Source: Bugula neritina (Eukaryota > Animalia > Bryozoa). From it: a stretch of DNA of 64,000 nt. Position numbers and translations under genes: made by a program. Position 1 is the first letter of the stretch; the number at the start of each line of letters is the position of its first letter. The notes below the pieces were generated by a model. That model was not told the DNA's origin and made no database searches. It was given only the letters and a program-made list of their open reading frames with translations. This document shows positions 61,161-64,000 of this stretch, one piece after another. Location of the stretch: contig OZ037771.1 of NCBI GenBank assembly GCA_964035545.1, positions 2,057,628-2,121,627 on the forward strand, written 5' to 3'.

Positions 61161-63672
61161 TTACCGACAGCGTGTTAAGTCTTGGTTTAGGACGCGGCAT
61201 AGCAGCAGGTAGCAGTCCAGTAATATAAACATCATCCATTGTGATGTACGGAACTTTAAGTGAAGTTTGGTAAAGACGGGGAATCAAATCAGAAGTTATG
61301 AAATAAACCATTCCTTGACAGAATGGAGGGTAACTATTGCCGGGATATTCTTCCTAAAAGTAGTATAGAATGGTAGGAGTTGGTACATCATATAGTTATA
61401 GTTGATAGTAAAAGTATCAAATAGGCATATATACAAAATTAAAAGAAACATAAAGTGTAAAGTGTGTTATATAGCGGCTTACATGTATTGTTTTTAGTTA
61501 AAGCACAAATATTGTCTAAAACAAATTAATTTACACAAAGAAGAGTTTGGTTTTAGCGTACACCTGAACTAAATAATTAAAGACTATTTTAAATTTTATA
61601 GTCATTTTCCTTTCTGGAGGGCTACTGAAATGTAACTGGGTGTAGTTCAATGACTCAAGGTCCTGAGGCTAATATTTGTGCAAGTACCAACCTCTGAAAC
61701 ATACCACTTGCTCTTTATATCTCTTTCCGGCTCCCTGTTCGTCCACAAGTTACAACTGATAATGTTTTTTGGATAATAATTCGAAACTTTCTTTTTTCTC
61801 AAGTAAGGCAATAATTTAAATATATTTATTAAAATGTCATCATCAACTTTCATTATGAATCTTGCTTCAGGACAGTATTTTGATATCCATCTAAAACATT
61901 CATATACATGTGTTTTGTTAAAATCAATAATACTGCCACATTCATAGTCATTTTTAACTTGATATTTAACAGTAGTGAAATGATTCTTTTAAATTTCTGT
62001 TGAAATTTTTTTGTAAAAACACTAATTAAAAAAATATAAAATTAAAACATTCTAAAATGACGTGACTAGCTGGAATTGTGGTAGCAGTTAACTATATAGC
62101 ATGAGAAATTGTCTGTCCATAACGTTCTAGCTCAAAATTTCAAACCAACAATCTTTTGTTTGTAACTTTACAGGAAAGAAGCTATAGCTAATTCTTAGCT
62201 CCTAGTGCGATCTATTAACCCTTTTTCAGCTCCTAAATATCTTGACTTATTGCTGAATAAAGTTTTACTTTACTTAAATAATAATGTACAGCTCCCAGTA
62301 ATTAATAGTTTTTACTATGATTACTAGATTACCGTGAACATTCTTGCCGTTATTGTCAATCTACTTGTATTCAAAATGTAAAACATTTACTCCGTGAAAA
62401 CGAAACTCGCAGCTTTTATTAGATTTAGAAAACAAGAGTTGAAATAATTTGAATAAGCAATCAACTTACATGCTATAGCAGAGAACAATAACACCTAAAT
62501 ATGAACTGAGATTCCTCAAAATCAACATGTAATCTCTCTACTAGCTAGATCTCTGCATATGTCTGCTATATACACCTGTTGCTAGATGTCAAATTATAGC
62601 CATCTAGTAACGAAAATAGCTCACCCCAGAGAATGGACAGCTTTTCTTGTTATGTTTTTATATGAATCTATGAACTTCCCTTGCACTATATCACCATACA
62701 ACTCTTGTTCATATTCCAAGAGTTCTTGTGCCCAGTTTAAGTTCCCTGCAACAGATTTTAGACAGTTTAAATACAATCTACATTTTAGAAAACTCAGTTA
62801 CTAGAAATATTTGTATCTAGAAAAAACTAGTAAACATGTTATATATTCACTATTGCTAAAAAAGATAAATGGTAGACTACTGTTGGTGTTTGATAACTAC
62901 AATTACACCTAAACTATTTTTTACCTTTTACTATGTCAATTATTATTGTTTTTATTTCATATTTTAAAAGAAAATATATATGTAACTTTGGCAAACCTTA
63001 TCATATTCAGCCAATTTACAATAAAGTGGTAAACTAATAGGTTTTGAAATAGCAACATGGGGTTATGAAAGTTTCTAAAAAGCTTTGGACTTCAAGCAAT
63101 AACAAAGGTTTTAGCTGATTTAGCATATGGTTGGGTTCGTAAAATGATAAGATTCTAATATATGTTTGAGTGTTGCTTCGTCTTGTTGGAATCCAAGGTT
63201 TTGGATGTTTAAGATTAAATAAAACTTACGCAAGTTTATAGTCGCTATTTTTGTGAGAAACCCCTAATGGAAATTGTTTTTGTTAAAGCAGGCTAAGGAC
63301 TTATTTAAATGAGGCACAGGAGCAATTATGACTGGATGCTCTTCCTAACATCACCAATGGCCTTTTTTCGGGCTCGAACCTATGACCTCGTGTTTACTAG
63401 GCACACGCATGCTCTAACCCCTAGACCACGGCTGCTCCCTGTGTTTAAGATTAGATGCTTAAATTTATTTCCTACACCAATAAAATAGTGAAAAAGTAAT
63501 TTGTATTCTTAACTAAAAAAATAATTTATACAAATTTACAAAAATTACCAGTAGAGTTAGCTGCAGGCTGTGGAAGACCAACAAAGAAGACTAGTTTAAT
63601 ATTATAAAGATTATTCTGTTGGTGCTTTGGGTCACCCCAGGTCAATCTGATTGCATTTCTTCTTCTGGTATT
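60763..63672 (-). CDS. Beta-1,3-galactosyltransferase (GT31/Galactosyl_T family), 5'-partial
   Basis: Exons 63549-63672 (RRNAIRLTWG...VFFVG), 62625-62745 (EQELYGDIVQGKFIDSYKNITRK), 61692-61890 (WISKYCPEARFIMKVDDD...PERDIKSKWYVS), 61165-61353 (YPPFCQGMVY...MDDVYITG) and 60763-60930. Confidence 0.92.
61084..61156. repeat. (GA)n microsatellite
   Basis: Pure GA run in an intron. Confidence 0.95.
63221..63439 (-). mobile_element. tRNA-derived SINE with target-site duplication
   Basis: Reverse complement of the family consensus with B box GGTTCGAGCCC; flanked by TGTTTAAGATTA at 63206-63217 and 63442-63453. Confidence 0.92.
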
Positions 63673-64000
63673 CTGTAGAAAGTAACAGGTTTTACCAGAA
63701 ATAAAAAATATCAGCAAATCTTGTTTTTGCTATTATTTTCATGAGTATTAGGTATTATAGAAATCTTTGGCTGAAAAATGAACTAGAGCACTTCAAACTT
63801 AATGTAAACCATTTTCAACTAATAAAAAACCCGTAACTCATATGCAAACATGCAGTGTACAGGTCTAAACATTATCTATTGCTAAGCTTCTACTAAATAA
63901 TCACTAACAGGCTCAAAATGATATATTATGTAACAGTAAGTTTATAAATTTCAATTTCACAGCTTTTTGAATTGTAGATACATATTATATGACCTAATAG

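Overview
AT-rich, intron-rich invertebrate animal DNA (lophotrochozoan-like; the taxon is an inference). I assembled five protein-coding genes by hand from GT-AG splice sites and exon phases, all on the minus strand. (1) 1-8952: a Ser/Thr-rich mucin-like single-pass membrane protein built from phase-1 micro-exons. (2) 10398-44350: a 48-exon, ~2,697-aa secreted Kielin/chordin-like protein with ~24 VWC repeats and a VWD(GDPH)-C8-TIL end. Its unusual N-terminal third holds a coiled coil, EGF, Kunitz, G[YF][DN]xx pentapeptide repeats and a tyrosinase-fold domain that has lost its CuB histidines. (3) 45781-47581: a 5-exon, 140-aa secreted orphan protein with a four-helix-bundle cytokine-like layout. 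(4) 53394-58728: a fungal/Dictyostelium-type (GH13_1-like) alpha-amylase. (5) 60763-63672: the 3' part of a GT31 beta-1,3-galactosyltransferase. Repeats include a tRNA-derived SINE family (3 full, 2 decayed copies), a MITE family, an RTE LINE 3' fragment and microsatellites. There are also two Penelope-like fragments carrying a minimal hammerhead ribozyme with covarying stem II (one inside a perfect 89-bp-arm palindrome) and minisatellites that multiply splice sites of the Kielin-like gene.
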